Source: an uncultured Gammaproteobacteria bacterium (GTDB lineage Bacteria; Patescibacteriota; Patescibacteriia; UBA2591; UBA6264). From it: DNA of 47,785 bases. The notes beneath the pieces were generated by a model. That model was not told the DNA's origin. It saw nothing but the letters and a program-made list of their open reading frames with translations, and did not search any database. Shown here piece after piece: positions 17,157 through 27,562 of this stretch (within the stretch, counting starts at the first letter, position 1; every line of letters begins with the position of its first letter). Location of the stretch: NCBI GenBank assembly GCA_964576065.1, contig CAZNTW010000001.1, forward strand, positions 6,079-53,863. The letters run 5' to 3'. Made by a program: the position numbers and the translations under genes.

Positions 17157-18662
17157 ATGAAAAATTTTTATATTACCACTCCAATTTATTACGTTAACGA
17201 TAAGCCGCACTTGGGAGGTGCTTATACTACTGTGGCCGCTGATGTTTTAGCTCGTTGGCACAGAATGAAAGGAGAAAAAGTTTTTTTTATCACCGGAGTT
17301 GATGAGCATGGTCAAAAAATAGCTAAATCAGCGCAAGAAAAAAATATCAGCCCGCAAGAATTGTGCGATCAGCGCGCCGCTAAATATGAGCAAGTTTGGG
17401 ATACGTTAAAAATTTCTTACGATCGTTTTATTAGAACCACAGAAGCTAATCATCAAAAAATAGTAGAAGAATTTATCCAACGGCTTTATGATAAAAAATT
17501 AATTTATCTAGGAGAATATCAAGGGCTGTATTGCGTCAGTTGCGAGAGATACTATACCAGCAAAGAGCTGATCAATGATCAGTGTCCCTATCACAAGGAA
17601 AAACCGATTGTTCTTTCAGAAAAGTGTTATTTTTTTAAATTATCAGAATTTCAAAAATTGTTAATTAAATCTATCGCCGAGAATAAATTGGTGATAGAAC
17701 CAACAGAAAGGAAAAACGAAATTTTAGGTTTTTTAAATTCAGAGAAATTAGACGACCTGGCTATCTCCAGAGAAAAAATTGAATGGGGCATACCATTGCC
17801 TTGGGATAAAACACAGACAGTCTACGTCTGGGTTGATGCTTTATTAAATTATTTATCAGGTTTAAATTGGAACGTTAAAAATAAAATTTGGCCCAAGCAA
17901 TGGCCAGCCGATATCCAATTAATTGGTAAGGATATTTTGAGATTTCACGCTGTTTTGTGGCCGGCGTTATTGTTGAGTTTAAAAGCGCCTTTGCCAAAGA
18001 AAATTTATGCTCACGGATTTTTTACCGTTAACGGAGTAAAAATGAGCAAGTCTCTAGGCAATGTTCTTGATCCGGAAGAATTGGCTGAGATTTTTGGCGC
18101 TGACGCTTTGCGTTGGCTCTTGCTTTCATCTTTTCCTTTTGGTCAGGATGGCGACGTTTCTCAATCAAAGTTTTATGAAAAATACAATACAGATTTATCT
18201 AATGGTTTGGGAAATTTATGCCGAAGGATTCAGGCTTTGTCGCGATTAGGCGAGAAAGAATTTATTCCGCCAAAATCGACAAAATCTGAATTTGAAGCGA
18301 AAATAAACTCTGTTTGGGATAATTATGAAAAAGCATTAGAGCAATTTAAGTTTGAAAACGCCATAAATGAAATTTGCGGATTAGCTAGTTTTTGCGATAA
18401 ATATATCAATCAAGAAGAGCCGTGGAGATTATTTAAAACAGATCTTGCCAGATACCAAAAAGTAATGTATAATCTTCTTGAAGGGCTTCGCCATTTGGCT
18501 TGGCTCGTTCAACCGTTTATGCCGGGCAAGAGTGACAGAATTTTTGAAATATTAAATATTCTGAGTGAAGAGAAAAAAAGTAAATTGAGTCGGGGAAAAT
18601 TTTTCGGGAAGAGCAAATTTAAAGGAATTAATCAAAGTGAAATTTTGTTTCCTAAACTATGA
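17157..18662 (+). CDS. metG: Methionine--tRNA ligase (short form)
   Basis: YYVNDKPHLGGAYTTVAADVLARWHR (HIGH region), a CxxC/CPYH knuckle and KMSKS (VKMSKSLGN). 501 aa. Confidence 0.9.
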   Translation: MKNFYITTPIYYVNDKPHLGGAYTTVAADVLARWHRMKGEKVFFITGVDEHGQKIAKSAQEKNISPQELCDQRAAKYEQVWDTLKISYDRFIRTTEANHQKIVEEFIQRLYDKKLIYLGEYQGLYCVSCERYYTSKELINDQCPYHKEKPIVLSEKCYFFKLSEFQKLLIKSIAENKLVIEPTERKNEILGFLNSEKLDDLAISREKIEWGIPLPWDKTQTVYVWVDALLNYLSGLNWNVKNKIWPKQWPADIQLIGKDILRFHAVLWPALLLSLKAPLPKKIYAHGFFTVNGVKMSKSLGNVLDPEELAEIFGADALRWLLLSSFPFGQDGDVSQSKFYEKYNTDLSNGLGNLCRRIQALSRLGEKEFIPPKSTKSEFEAKINSVWDNYEKALEQFKFENAINEICGLASFCDKYINQEEPWRLFKTDLARYQKVMYNLLEGLRHLAWLVQPFMPGKSDRIFEILNILSEEKKSKLSRGKFFGKSKFKGINQSEILFPKL

Positions 18663-19177
18663 CTATTTTTGATTTAATTTTGTTATTAATTTTAGTCGGC
18701 TTTGTCTGGTTTGGTTTCTGGAACGGATTAATTCAAACTTTGGGCGGCCTTGTCAGTTTGGTTGTGGCCGTTTTTGTCGCTAGCCGTTGGTACGATATTA
18801 TTGCTTTAAAAATTGCGCCACTTGTGGGAGAAAATGTCAATTTGTCCAGAATAATAGCTTTTATTGCTATTTTTATTTTAGCGAGATTTGTGGTCTTTCT
18901 TATAATTAAAGTTATAAATAAAGTTTTTGATTTAATTAGTTTCATTCCATTTCTAAAAACGATTAATCGTTTAGCTGGCGCCATTTTGGGATTAATTGAA
19001 GGTGGTTTAGTTTTGGGATTGATTCTTTATTTTTCCTCCAAATTTCCTTTGGGTGATTGGTGGATTAATTCTCTTAATCAATCAAACATAGCCGGTCCGT
19101 TGATCGGTTTTGGCAAAATCCTTTATCCGCTTATTCCTGACGCGCTTAAACAAATAAAGTCATTGATTAGCGGTTAG
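18659..19177 (+). CDS. cvpA: CvpA-family membrane protein
   Basis: 172 aa with 4 TM helices. The N-terminus DLILLLILVGFVWFGFWNGLI is typical of CvpA. The start overlaps the metG stop (ATGA). Confidence 0.6.
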   Translation: MTIFDLILLLILVGFVWFGFWNGLIQTLGGLVSLVVAVFVASRWYDIIALKIAPLVGENVNLSRIIAFIAIFILARFVVFLIIKVINKVFDLISFIPFLKTINRLAGAILGLIEGGLVLGLILYFSSKFPLGDWWINSLNQSNIAGPLIGFGKILYPLIPDALKQIKSLISG

Positions 19178-19291
19178 CAACCAAACAGATAAATGTTTTC
19201 CGACCCCCTTGCTGGGGATGGCGATTTTTTTATTTGTGAGCAAGTAAGAGAAATAAACACAGAGTTTAATACCCTTTATAAATATATAAAT

Positions 19292-21376
19292 ATGAGACAA
19301 GAGATAAAAAAAATAAAAAAAAGAGATGGACGAATTGTTAATTTTAAACAAGAAAAAATCACTGAAGCTATTTATAAAGCCGTAACGGCAGTTTCAGAAG
19401 AAGACGGCAAATTTTCAAACAAAATGTCTAATCAGGTGGTAAAAGTTTTAGAAAGAAGGTTTAAAGATAAAATTCCCAGCATAGAAGATATTCAAGATAT
19501 TGTGGAAGAAGTTTTAATCAGAGCCGATTTAGTTGAAGTGGCGAAAGCTTATATTCTTTATCGCGAACAACGAAGGAAAATTAGAGATGCGGTCAAAGTA
19601 ACGGATGAAAGCGCCGAAATGGTAGATCAATATTTAAAAGAAATAGACTGGGAGATTAAGGAAAACGCCAATATGACATATTCTTTACAAGGGTTGAATA
19701 ATTATATTTCTAACGCCGTGACTAAGAAATATTGGCTGGAAAAAGTTTATCCGTCGGAAATAAGGGAAGCGAACGAAAGCGGAGATTTTCATATTCACGA
19801 TTTGGGAATTTTAGCGCCATATTGCGTCGGGTGGAGTCTGCAAGATTTATTATTAAAGGGTTTTACTGGCGTAAGTGGGAAAATTTCTTCCAAACCAGCC
19901 AAACACTTTCGAGTGATTTTGGGACAATTGGTTAACTTTTTTTACACTCTTCAGGGCGAAGCGGCCGGAGCAATCGCTGTTTCTTCGTTTGACACATTAC
20001 TCGCTCCGTTTATCAGATATGACAAACTTACTTATAAGCAAGTCAAACAAGCGCTTCAAGAATTTATTTTTAATTGCAATGTGCCGACGCGGGTTGGTTT
20101 TCAAACGCCATTTACTAATATTACTTTAGATTTAAAAGTTCCCCAAACTTTAGGCTCTTTGCCGGTTATTATCGGCGGCCAATCGCAGAAAAACCAGTAT
20201 AAAGATTTTCAAAAAGAAATGGACATTTTCAATCGCGCGTTTTATGAGGTCATTATGGACGGTGACGCCAAACAAAGAGTTTTTACCTTCCCTATTCCCA
20301 CTATTAATATAACTAAAGATTTTGATTGGAATAATCCGAATCTCAAGCCAATGTGGGACGCCACCGCAAAATATGGCATTAATTATTTTTCTAATTTTAT
20401 CAACTCAGACCTTAATCCGGAAGATATCAGGTCAATGTGTTGTCGATTGAGGTTAAATAACAAAGAACTTTATCATCGTGGCGGCGGACTTTTTGGCGCC
20501 GCTCCTTTGACCGGTTCGGTTGGGGTAGTAACCATAAATCTTCCGCGTATTGGTTATCTGTCCAAAACCGAAAAAGATTTTTTTGACCGCTTGGAGCGTT
20601 TAATGGATTTGGCTAAAGGAAGCTTGGAGATAAAAAGAAAATCATTGGAAGAATTCACAGAAAAAGACCTTTATCCTTATTCAAAATTTTATTTAGCCGA
20701 TATTAAAAAATTAAGAGGAAAGTATTGGGCCAATCATTTTTCTACTATTGGTTTGGTCGGAATGAACGAAGCTTTAATAAATTTTTTTGGAAAAGATATG
20801 CTTTCCAAAGAAGGTCGTCAATTTACCCAAAAAGTTTTAGATTTCATGAGGGATCGTTTAGTGGTTTATCAAAAAGAAACGGGCGATATTTATAATTTAG
20901 AGGCCACGCCGGCCGAGGGAGCCAGTTATCGTTTAGCTAAAAAAGACAAGGAAGCTTATCCCAAAATTATTACTGCCGGAGACAAGGTTCCCTATTATAC
21001 CAATTCAACGCAATTGCCGGTTAATTACGACGGAGATTTGTTTAGCGCTTTGGAATTGCAAGAAGATTGTCAGAAAAAATATACCGGTGGCACGGTTTTC
21101 CACGCTTTTTTGGGAGAAAGAATTTTTAACACAGAATCAATTAAAAGTTTACTTAAAAAGGTTTTTACTAAATTTAGTTTGCCTTATTTTACTCTTACTC
21201 CGACTTTTAGCATTTGTCCAAATCATGGTTATCTGAATGGAGAACATTTTAATTGTCCTGAATGTGGCGCACCCTCAGAAGTTTATTCCAGAATTGTCGG
21301 CTATCTTCGCCCGGTTCAGCAATGGAATAACGGCAAGCAAGAAGAATACAAAGAGAGGAAGACATTTAAAGTCTAA
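19292..21376 (+). CDS. nrdD: Anaerobic ribonucleoside-triphosphate reductase (class III)
   Basis: ATP-cone N-terminus (KKRDGRIVNFKQEKITEAI), a C-terminal zinc site (CPNHG...CPECG) and the glycyl-radical motif RIVGYLRPV. The ORF-track start at 19193 is an upstream non-ATG extension. Confidence 0.9.
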   Translation: MRQEIKKIKKRDGRIVNFKQEKITEAIYKAVTAVSEEDGKFSNKMSNQVVKVLERRFKDKIPSIEDIQDIVEEVLIRADLVEVAKAYILYREQRRKIRDAVKVTDESAEMVDQYLKEIDWEIKENANMTYSLQGLNNYISNAVTKKYWLEKVYPSEIREANESGDFHIHDLGILAPYCVGWSLQDLLLKGFTGVSGKISSKPAKHFRVILGQLVNFFYTLQGEAAGAIAVSSFDTLLAPFIRYDKLTYKQVKQALQEFIFNCNVPTRVGFQTPFTNITLDLKVPQTLGSLPVIIGGQSQKNQYKDFQKEMDIFNRAFYEVIMDGDAKQRVFTFPIPTINITKDFDWNNPNLKPMWDATAKYGINYFSNFINSDLNPEDIRSMCCRLRLNNKELYHRGGGLFGAAPLTGSVGVVTINLPRIGYLSKTEKDFFDRLERLMDLAKGSLEIKRKSLEEFTEKDLYPYSKFYLADIKKLRGKYWANHFSTIGLVGMNEALINFFGKDMLSKEGRQFTQKVLDFMRDRLVVYQKETGDIYNLEATPAEGASYRLAKKDKEAYPKIITAGDKVPYYTNSTQLPVNYDGDLFSALELQEDCQKKYTGGTVFHAFLGERIFNTESIKSLLKKVFTKFSLPYFTLTPTFSICPNHGYLNGEHFNCPECGAPSEVYSRIVGYLRPVQQWNNGKQEEYKERKTFKV

Positions 21377-21609
21377 ATAAAAATATACACCGCTTAATAG
21401 GCTGTTATACGGAAATAAAAATTTAAATTTTTTAGAAGGCAAAAAAACAAGGGTCAAAATATAGGAAATTCATTTCGCTCCGCAAAGTAAATATCAAATA
21501 ATTTTTATTAAAATAAAAAATAGCGCCGTTTTTTAGTGTTGACATAACAGATTTTAGAATTTTTATTTTTGGGTAATATATAAATAATTTTGACTTTTGA
21601 ATTTTTTCT

Positions 21610-22407
21610 ATGTTTTTTAAAGGATGGCAAAAAATATCTTTAAATGAATGGTCGGGCAAGGTTTGTTCGGTTGTTTTTGTTTCAGGATGTAATTTTCGCT
21701 GTCCTTATTGTCATAATAAAGATTTGGTTTTATTTCCTGATAAATTGCCAAGCATAAACTCAGAAGACGTTTTAGATTATTGTTTTAAAAATAGAGATTT
21801 AATCGACGGGGTGGTGATTACCGGAGGAGAGCCGCTGCAAAATAAAAAATTAAATATAAAATACAAAAAGCGGAACACAAAAAATAAGTTAGCTAAACAT
21901 GAATCCTCCGATGGAGCGGAAAAACTCGAAGACGATTTAGTAGAATTTATTAAACAAGTTAGGAAAATCAATTTAAAGGTGGGATTGGAAACAAACGGCA
22001 GTAATCCGGAAATGTTGGAGTATTTGGTTAAAAATAAATTAGTTGATTATGTGGCGATGGACATTAAAGCGCCATTAAATCAAAAGAAATACAATCAATT
22101 GACTGGCGTAAAAATAGATTTGCAAAAGATAAAAAAAAGTATTAAAATTATCAAGAGTTTACCGTTCACCAATCGACAGGGCGAGTTCAGAACAACCGTC
22201 GTTCCCGGCTGGCACAGTCAGAAAGACTTGATAGAGATAGCCAAAGAATTAAAAGGATTTGAGGGTTGTTATTATCTCCAAAAATTTATTAAATCACGCG
22301 AAACTTTGGGGATTATTCCAAAAGCAGAGCAGTATTCTAATGATTGGTTTAAACAGGCAGAACAAAGAATAAATAAAATAATAAAAAAAATAAATTTAAG
22401 AATTTAA
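21610..22407 (+). CDS. nrdG: Anaerobic ribonucleotide reductase activating protein (radical SAM)
   Basis: CNFRCPYCHN (CxxxCxxC) cluster motif and GGEPL. Lies downstream of nrdD. A K-rich insertion of about 35 aa follows GGEPL. Confidence 0.82.
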   Translation: MFFKGWQKISLNEWSGKVCSVVFVSGCNFRCPYCHNKDLVLFPDKLPSINSEDVLDYCFKNRDLIDGVVITGGEPLQNKKLNIKYKKRNTKNKLAKHESSDGAEKLEDDLVEFIKQVRKINLKVGLETNGSNPEMLEYLVKNKLVDYVAMDIKAPLNQKKYNQLTGVKIDLQKIKKSIKIIKSLPFTNRQGEFRTTVVPGWHSQKDLIEIAKELKGFEGCYYLQKFIKSRETLGIIPKAEQYSNDWFKQAEQRINKIIKKINLRI

Positions 22408-22417
22408 CATTAAATTT

Positions 22418-23773
22418 ATGGAAAAAACAACATTGAAAATAACATTAATAATCATTTTTATCAGTTTATTTGTCGGTTGTTTAGGCGGATTAGTCGCTGG
22501 TTTTTACGCGGCTAATTTAGTAATCAATAATGACGCGCCGTTTTTATATTCTTTTCTTTATCAAAAAATTTTTAATCAAACACCCAAAATAGAGTCGAAC
22601 GAGCCAAATGTTGAAAGAAAAAATATTGAGCAATCAAATCTGTCGGAAAATAATGATTCTCTTATTAGTGAAGAGCAAAAGACCGTTTCAGTGGTGGAAA
22701 AAGTAAATCCATCAGTCGTAAGTATTGTGGTGAGTAAATACGTTTCTCAATATTATGGATTGCAAAAGGCGCCGTTTAATAACGATTTTTTTAATGAATT
22801 TTTTAATTTTAATTCTCCATTTTTTGAATTTAACGCGCCTCAGAATTTATCGCCGAAAAGCGACGAATCGCCGAATCAAGAACAAGAAAAAGAAAAAGAA
22901 AAACAACAAATCGGTGGCGGAACAGGATTTATTATTTCTTCCAAAGACGGATTGATTTTAACCAATAAGCACGTAGTCGTTGACGAAGAAGCGGAATATT
23001 CGGTTATAACTAACGACGGACAAGAATATAAAGCCACAGTTCTAGCCCGAGACCCCTTTAACGACATTGCCGTTTTAAAAGTGGAAGAAAAAAATCTATC
23101 CGAGGTTGAATTGGGTGATTCCGATCGAATAAAAATCGGACAAACCGTGATTGCTATTGGTAATGCTTTGGGAGAATATCGCAATACCGTAACACAAGGA
23201 GTCATTAGCGGTATCAGTCGAAAAATAGTAGCCGGAGGCACTAGCGGGCAATCAGAAACATTGGATGGGGTAATTCAAACCGATGCGGCAATTAATTTCG
23301 GCAATTCCGGCGGACCATTAATTGATTTAAACGGCAAAGTAATCGGTATTAATACCGCTATTAGCCAGGAAGGACAATTAATAGGTTTTGCCATTCCTAT
23401 TAATCAGGCTAAGCAAGCGATAGAAAGTGTGAAGAAATACGGCAAAATAGTCCGTCCTTATTTGGGAGTAAGGTATGTTATTATTAATGAGAGTATAGCC
23501 AAAGCCAACAAATTAACCGTTGATTATGGAGCTTTGATTTTAAGAGGAGAAGGGCTAGAAGAACTGGCCGTGATTCCTGGATCGCCAGCCAATAAAGCCG
23601 GTTTAGTGGAAAATGATATTATTTTAGAAATTAACAATCAGAAAATAACCGAAGATAAATCATTAGCCAAAGAGATTCAAAAATATAAGCCCGGCGCCGA
23701 AGTTAAATTAAAAATTTATCATCAAGGCGAAAAAAAAGAAATAACAGTGACTTTGGAAGAATATAAAGAATAG
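22418..23773 (+). CDS. htrA: HtrA/DegP-family serine protease with a PDZ domain
   Basis: N-terminal TM helix. Catalytic triad context is TNKHVV (His), DIAVLK (Asp) and GNSGGPL (Ser). C-terminal PDZ domain (GSPANKAGLVENDIILEIN). Confidence 0.9.
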   Translation: MEKTTLKITLIIIFISLFVGCLGGLVAGFYAANLVINNDAPFLYSFLYQKIFNQTPKIESNEPNVERKNIEQSNLSENNDSLISEEQKTVSVVEKVNPSVVSIVVSKYVSQYYGLQKAPFNNDFFNEFFNFNSPFFEFNAPQNLSPKSDESPNQEQEKEKEKQQIGGGTGFIISSKDGLILTNKHVVVDEEAEYSVITNDGQEYKATVLARDPFNDIAVLKVEEKNLSEVELGDSDRIKIGQTVIAIGNALGEYRNTVTQGVISGISRKIVAGGTSGQSETLDGVIQTDAAINFGNSGGPLIDLNGKVIGINTAISQEGQLIGFAIPINQAKQAIESVKKYGKIVRPYLGVRYVIINESIAKANKLTVDYGALILRGEGLEELAVIPGSPANKAGLVENDIILEINNQKITEDKSLAKEIQKYKPGAEVKLKIYHQGEKKEITVTLEEYKE

Positions 23774-23863
23774 AAATTGGGTAATTAAGCAATTGGTAGT
23801 TAGGGATTAGGGTTTGTAATTAATGATTAATGGTCTGTGATTTGAAATGGAGATATAAAATTT

Positions 23864-24959
23864 ATGAGAGAACTAATTAGCGAATTGGAAAGTTTTAAAA
23901 TTAGGCTTCGAAAAATCGGAGATTATCTTTGACTTGGCTAAAAAAAATCAACAAATTAAACAAATGGAAACGGAAATGGGCGAGTCGGGCTTTTGGCAAA
24001 ATAGAACCGAGGCGGAGAAAAAATCACGCCAACTGAACAAATTGAGACAGAATATAGATAAATGGCAAAAAATCGCAAAATCTATTAATGATTGTTTAGA
24101 AATAGCCATTTTAGATAAAGATGACCAAGATGTTAATTTAAGAAAAGAAATAGAAAAACAATTTAGAGAAATAGAAATCAGTTTAAATGATTTTGAAAAA
24201 ATTATTTTTTTAAGCGGCGAGTATGATGACAGAAATGCTTTATTGTCAATTTTTGCCGGCGCCGGCGGGGTTGATGCCCAAGATTGGACGGAAATGCTGT
24301 GGCGAATGTATTCTCGTTTTGCCGAGAAAAATGATTGGTTGGTCAGATTGGTTGATCATTCAATGGGTACCGAAGCAGGTGTCAAAAGCGTAACCCTGGA
24401 AATAGAAGGAGATTATGTCTATGGTTTTTTAAAAGGAGAAGCCGGAGTTCATCGTTTAGTCAGGATTTCTCCTTTTGACGCGGAACAAATGCGTCATACG
24501 TCTTTTGCTTTGGTTGAAGTTTTGCCAGAAATAGAAGAGGTTGAAGTGGAAATTAATCCCGACGATTTAAAAATGGATACATTTTTAGCTTCCGGTCACG
24601 GTGGACAAAATGTGCAAAAAAACGAAACCGCTGTCAGAATAACTCATTTGCCAAGCAAGATTACGGTTAGCTGTCAGGCCGAAAGATCGCAAACCCAAAA
24701 TAAAGAAAGAGCCATAAAAATATTAAAATCAAAATTATATCAATACGCTCGGGCCGAGCAAGAAGAAGAAAAAGCGCGTTTGCGGGGAGAATTTAAATCA
24801 GCCTCTTGGGGCAATCAGATACGTTCTTACGTTCTTCAACCATATAAAATGGTCAAAGATAATCGCACCAACTACGAGACTTCGAACGTAGATGATATTT
24901 TAAACGGGAATTTGGATAATTTAATTGAAAGCTATTTTCGTTTAAAAAACAATAAATAA
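23864..24959 (+). CDS. prfB: Peptide chain release factor 2, expressed via a programmed +1 frameshift: join(23864..23929, 23931..24959)
   Basis: A 22-codon frame-0 leader (MRELISELESFKIRLRKIGDYL) ends at CTT TGA C. The +1 frame continues with DLAKKNQQ... and contains the SPF (SPFD) and GGQ (SGHGGQNVQ) motifs. Confidence 0.92.
23918..23933 (+). promoter_or_regulatory. RF2 autoregulatory +1 frameshift site
   Basis: GGAGATTAT CTT TGA C: an SD-like GGAG upstream of the canonical CUU UGA C slippery/stop context. Confidence 0.85.
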
Positions 24960-24962
24960 GCA

Positions 24963-26435
24963 ATGGAAAAGGAAAATATGGTTCCGATTGTTTGTTTGGT
25001 TTTTGTCGGCGGAATTGGACTGGCAAGTTTTTTATCCGTCCCGATTTTTATTTATCCACTGCTGTTTTTTCTGACTCTAATTATTTTTTTTTGTTTTCAG
25101 AAAAAATCAGTTAGAAATATTTGGCCGATTTCTCTTATCGGCCTCTTTTTTATTTTCGGGGTTTGGCGAGAGCAAATAAGCTTCCCCAAAGTAGATGAAA
25201 ATCATTTAGTTTTTTATAATAATCAGAAAATTATTCTTACCGGAGAAATCACTAAAGAGCCGGAAATGGAAAATAATAGAATCGGAATAATTTTAGAAAA
25301 AATAAGCACGGAAAACAAGAAAATAAAGGGAGGGGTTTTGCTTAATGTTCCGCTTTATAGCTATTATCAGCGAGGAGATATTTTGCGAGTAGAATGTTTT
25401 TTAGTTAAACCGAAAAATATTGGGAAAATTGATTATTCAGAGTATTTAGCCGTTCGCGGCGTTTACTCAATTTGTTCTTGGCCAAAAATTGAGGTTTTAA
25501 AACAGGGAGAAAGAATAGGATTTTATGACAAAATATTGATTTTTAGAAATAAAATTCAAGAATTAATTAATAAACACTTTACCGAACCGCAAGGAACTTT
25601 TGTCTCGGCTATTCTCTTGGGCAACAAAAATCAAATTCCGCCAGAGATTAGAAATTGGTTTGCTCAAGCCGGAATATCCCATATTTTAGCTGTTTCCGGA
25701 TTGCATATTTCTATTTTTTCTAAATTAATCACAATTTTTTTTATTAATGTTTTATTAATTTCCAGACAAAAGATTTTTTGGCCGACATTTTTGGTTGTTA
25801 TTTTTTTTGTAGTTTTAGTTGGCGCGCCAGCTTCAGCCGTCAGGGCGGCAATTATGGGCTTAGGTTTGGTTTTGTCTCAAATAATCGGTCGGCCGCAAAC
25901 AGGTAAAAGATTCGTTGTTTATGCTGCGACCGCAATATTGTTGATTAATCCTCAATTGTTAAAAAGCGATATTGGATTTCAACTGTCGTTTCTTGCGGTG
26001 GCTGGGATAAGTTTTTTGTCAACAGTTTTTGATAAATATTTCAACAAAATCCCGGATTTTAGATATTTTCCTCTTCGTCAATATTTAGCCTCAACTATTA
26101 GCGCCCAAATTTTTGTTTTGCCTTTAGTTTTATATTATTTTGGCAATTTGTCATTAATGTCTCCTTTAATAAATGTTTTAGTTATATCAGTTATGCCCTT
26201 GATAATGGTTTTCGGTTTAACATTCGCGTTGCTTGGATTGATTAATTTTTATTTAGCCAAAATATTTTTTTATCCGCTTTGGCTTTTATCAACTTTTGTT
26301 ATTTTGGCGGCCAAATTTAGCGTTAAGGCGCCGGGAGCTTATTTGGCATTGAATTTTCCTTTATTTCTAACAATAATTTTTTATATTTTGATTTTTTTCT
26401 GGTTAGGCAAACTTAAAAAGACGAGGTTTGATTAA
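24963..26435 (+). CDS. comEC: ComEC/Rec2 DNA internalization channel (N-terminal and competence domains only)
   Basis: 490 aa, polytopic. Contains the GISHILAVSGLHISIF competence-domain motif. There is no metallo-beta-lactamase domain in this ORF. Confidence 0.85.
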   Translation: MEKENMVPIVCLVFVGGIGLASFLSVPIFIYPLLFFLTLIIFFCFQKKSVRNIWPISLIGLFFIFGVWREQISFPKVDENHLVFYNNQKIILTGEITKEPEMENNRIGIILEKISTENKKIKGGVLLNVPLYSYYQRGDILRVECFLVKPKNIGKIDYSEYLAVRGVYSICSWPKIEVLKQGERIGFYDKILIFRNKIQELINKHFTEPQGTFVSAILLGNKNQIPPEIRNWFAQAGISHILAVSGLHISIFSKLITIFFINVLLISRQKIFWPTFLVVIFFVVLVGAPASAVRAAIMGLGLVLSQIIGRPQTGKRFVVYAATAILLINPQLLKSDIGFQLSFLAVAGISFLSTVFDKYFNKIPDFRYFPLRQYLASTISAQIFVLPLVLYYFGNLSLMSPLINVLVISVMPLIMVFGLTFALLGLINFYLAKIFFYPLWLLSTFVILAAKFSVKAPGAYLALNFPLFLTIIFYILIFFWLGKLKKTRFD

Positions 26436-26457
26436 TTTCTAATACGGTAACGAGTTT

Positions 26458-27357
26458 ATGGAAATTAAAAATTTTAACAAAACAAAAATCAAAGGAATTA
26501 GGATTATTATTTATTTTGTCGCCGGTTTATTGTTGTTCAATTTAATTTTATTGGGCTACGGGCGGTTTTTTCTTAATAGCAAAGTTCCACAGGGTTATCT
26601 AAGGGTGATTTTTCTCGACGTTGGCCAAGGAGACGCCGCTTTAATTCAGAATTCGCAGGGCTATAATATTTTAGTTGACGGCGGACCTAATAAAAATATT
26701 ATTTATTATTTGGATAAATATATTCCTTTTTATAACAGAAAAATAGATTTAATGATTTCTACCCATAGCGACTCGGATCACTTAACCGGATTGGTTGAGG
26801 TTTTAAACCGTTATCAAGTAAAAGAAATTTTAACCAATGGACTAAACGGCAGTTCTTCGATTGATCTTGAAGAGGAGAGACTGATTAAAGAAAAGGGCGT
26901 TATTTCGCGAATAATCAACGCTCCAGCTGATATTGTTTTGGATAAAAAAACAGCTTTATATTTTTTATGGCCGCCGGCCGGATTAACAAAAAGCTTGAAA
27001 GGCGACGATAACTCCGCTTCCTTGGTTTTTGTTTTAGAATACGGAGAAGATAAGTTTCTTTTTACCGGTGATGCGCCCATAAGAGCGGAAGAAGAATTAA
27101 TAAAAGGAAAATATATTTTAAAATCCGATGTTTTAAAAGTCGCTCATCATGGATCAAAAAATTCTTCGTCAATTGATTTTTTAAAAATCGTAAATCCCGA
27201 TTACGCGGTAATTTCCGTTGGATTAAACAGTTTTGGGCATCCCAGTTTAAGGGTTTTAAATAATTTAGAAAAAATAAAAACAAAAGTTTTAAGGACTGAT
27301 GAAATGGGGGATGTTGTTTTTTTAAGCGACGGAGAAGAGATAAGACTTGACGAATAA
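26458..27357 (+). CDS. Membrane-anchored MBL-fold hydrolase equivalent to the ComEC C-terminal domain
   Basis: N-terminal TM helix, then LDVGQGDAALIQ, the STHSDSDH (HxHxDH-type) motif and KVAHHGSKNS, as in the ComEC lactamase_B domain. Confidence 0.8.
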   Translation: MEIKNFNKTKIKGIRIIIYFVAGLLLFNLILLGYGRFFLNSKVPQGYLRVIFLDVGQGDAALIQNSQGYNILVDGGPNKNIIYYLDKYIPFYNRKIDLMISTHSDSDHLTGLVEVLNRYQVKEILTNGLNGSSSIDLEEERLIKEKGVISRIINAPADIVLDKKTALYFLWPPAGLTKSLKGDDNSASLVFVLEYGEDKFLFTGDAPIRAEEELIKGKYILKSDVLKVAHHGSKNSSSIDFLKIVNPDYAVISVGLNSFGHPSLRVLNNLEKIKTKVLRTDEMGDVVFLSDGEEIRLDE

Positions 27358-27434
27358 TAGAATATTTGTTATCGTTTTATTCTAGTATTATCAAGAGAAA
27401 TAAGCCGTAAACTAATAATGTGGAAAAGTTATTA

Positions 27435-27462
27435 TTGCCAAAAAATATTAGTGTGCTATACT
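27435..27462 (+). promoter_or_regulatory. Putative sigma70-type promoter for the tuf/S10 operon
   Basis: TTGCCA, a 16-nt spacer, then TGC-TATACT (extended -10), about 100 nt upstream of the tuf ATG. A CGCGGAA/TTCCGCG hairpin lies in the leader at 27508-27544. Confidence 0.45.
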
Positions 27463-27562
27463 TACTTTTGCGATTTAATAAAAATTAAAATTAAAAAAAC
27501 ATAAACTCGCGGAAAAAGATAAAAAAGTTTTTATAAATTCCGCGATAAACGAGGTTATTAAT

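Noticed and set aside
19193-19291. Upstream extension of the nrdD ORF (track start at 19193).
   Set aside because: The extension starts at a non-ATG codon and is non-conserved in appearance. The ATP-cone begins right after the ATG at 19292.
311-21376. Inteins in dnaB or nrdD, which are common intein hosts.
   Set aside because: Both proteins have normal lengths (497 aa and about 694 aa). Their catalytic motifs are contiguous and there are no intein block sequences.
23795-23815. TTAGGGATTAGGGTT telomere-like tandem upstream of prfB.
   Set aside because: There are only two imperfect units in a short spacer, which is compatible with chance in AT-rich DNA.
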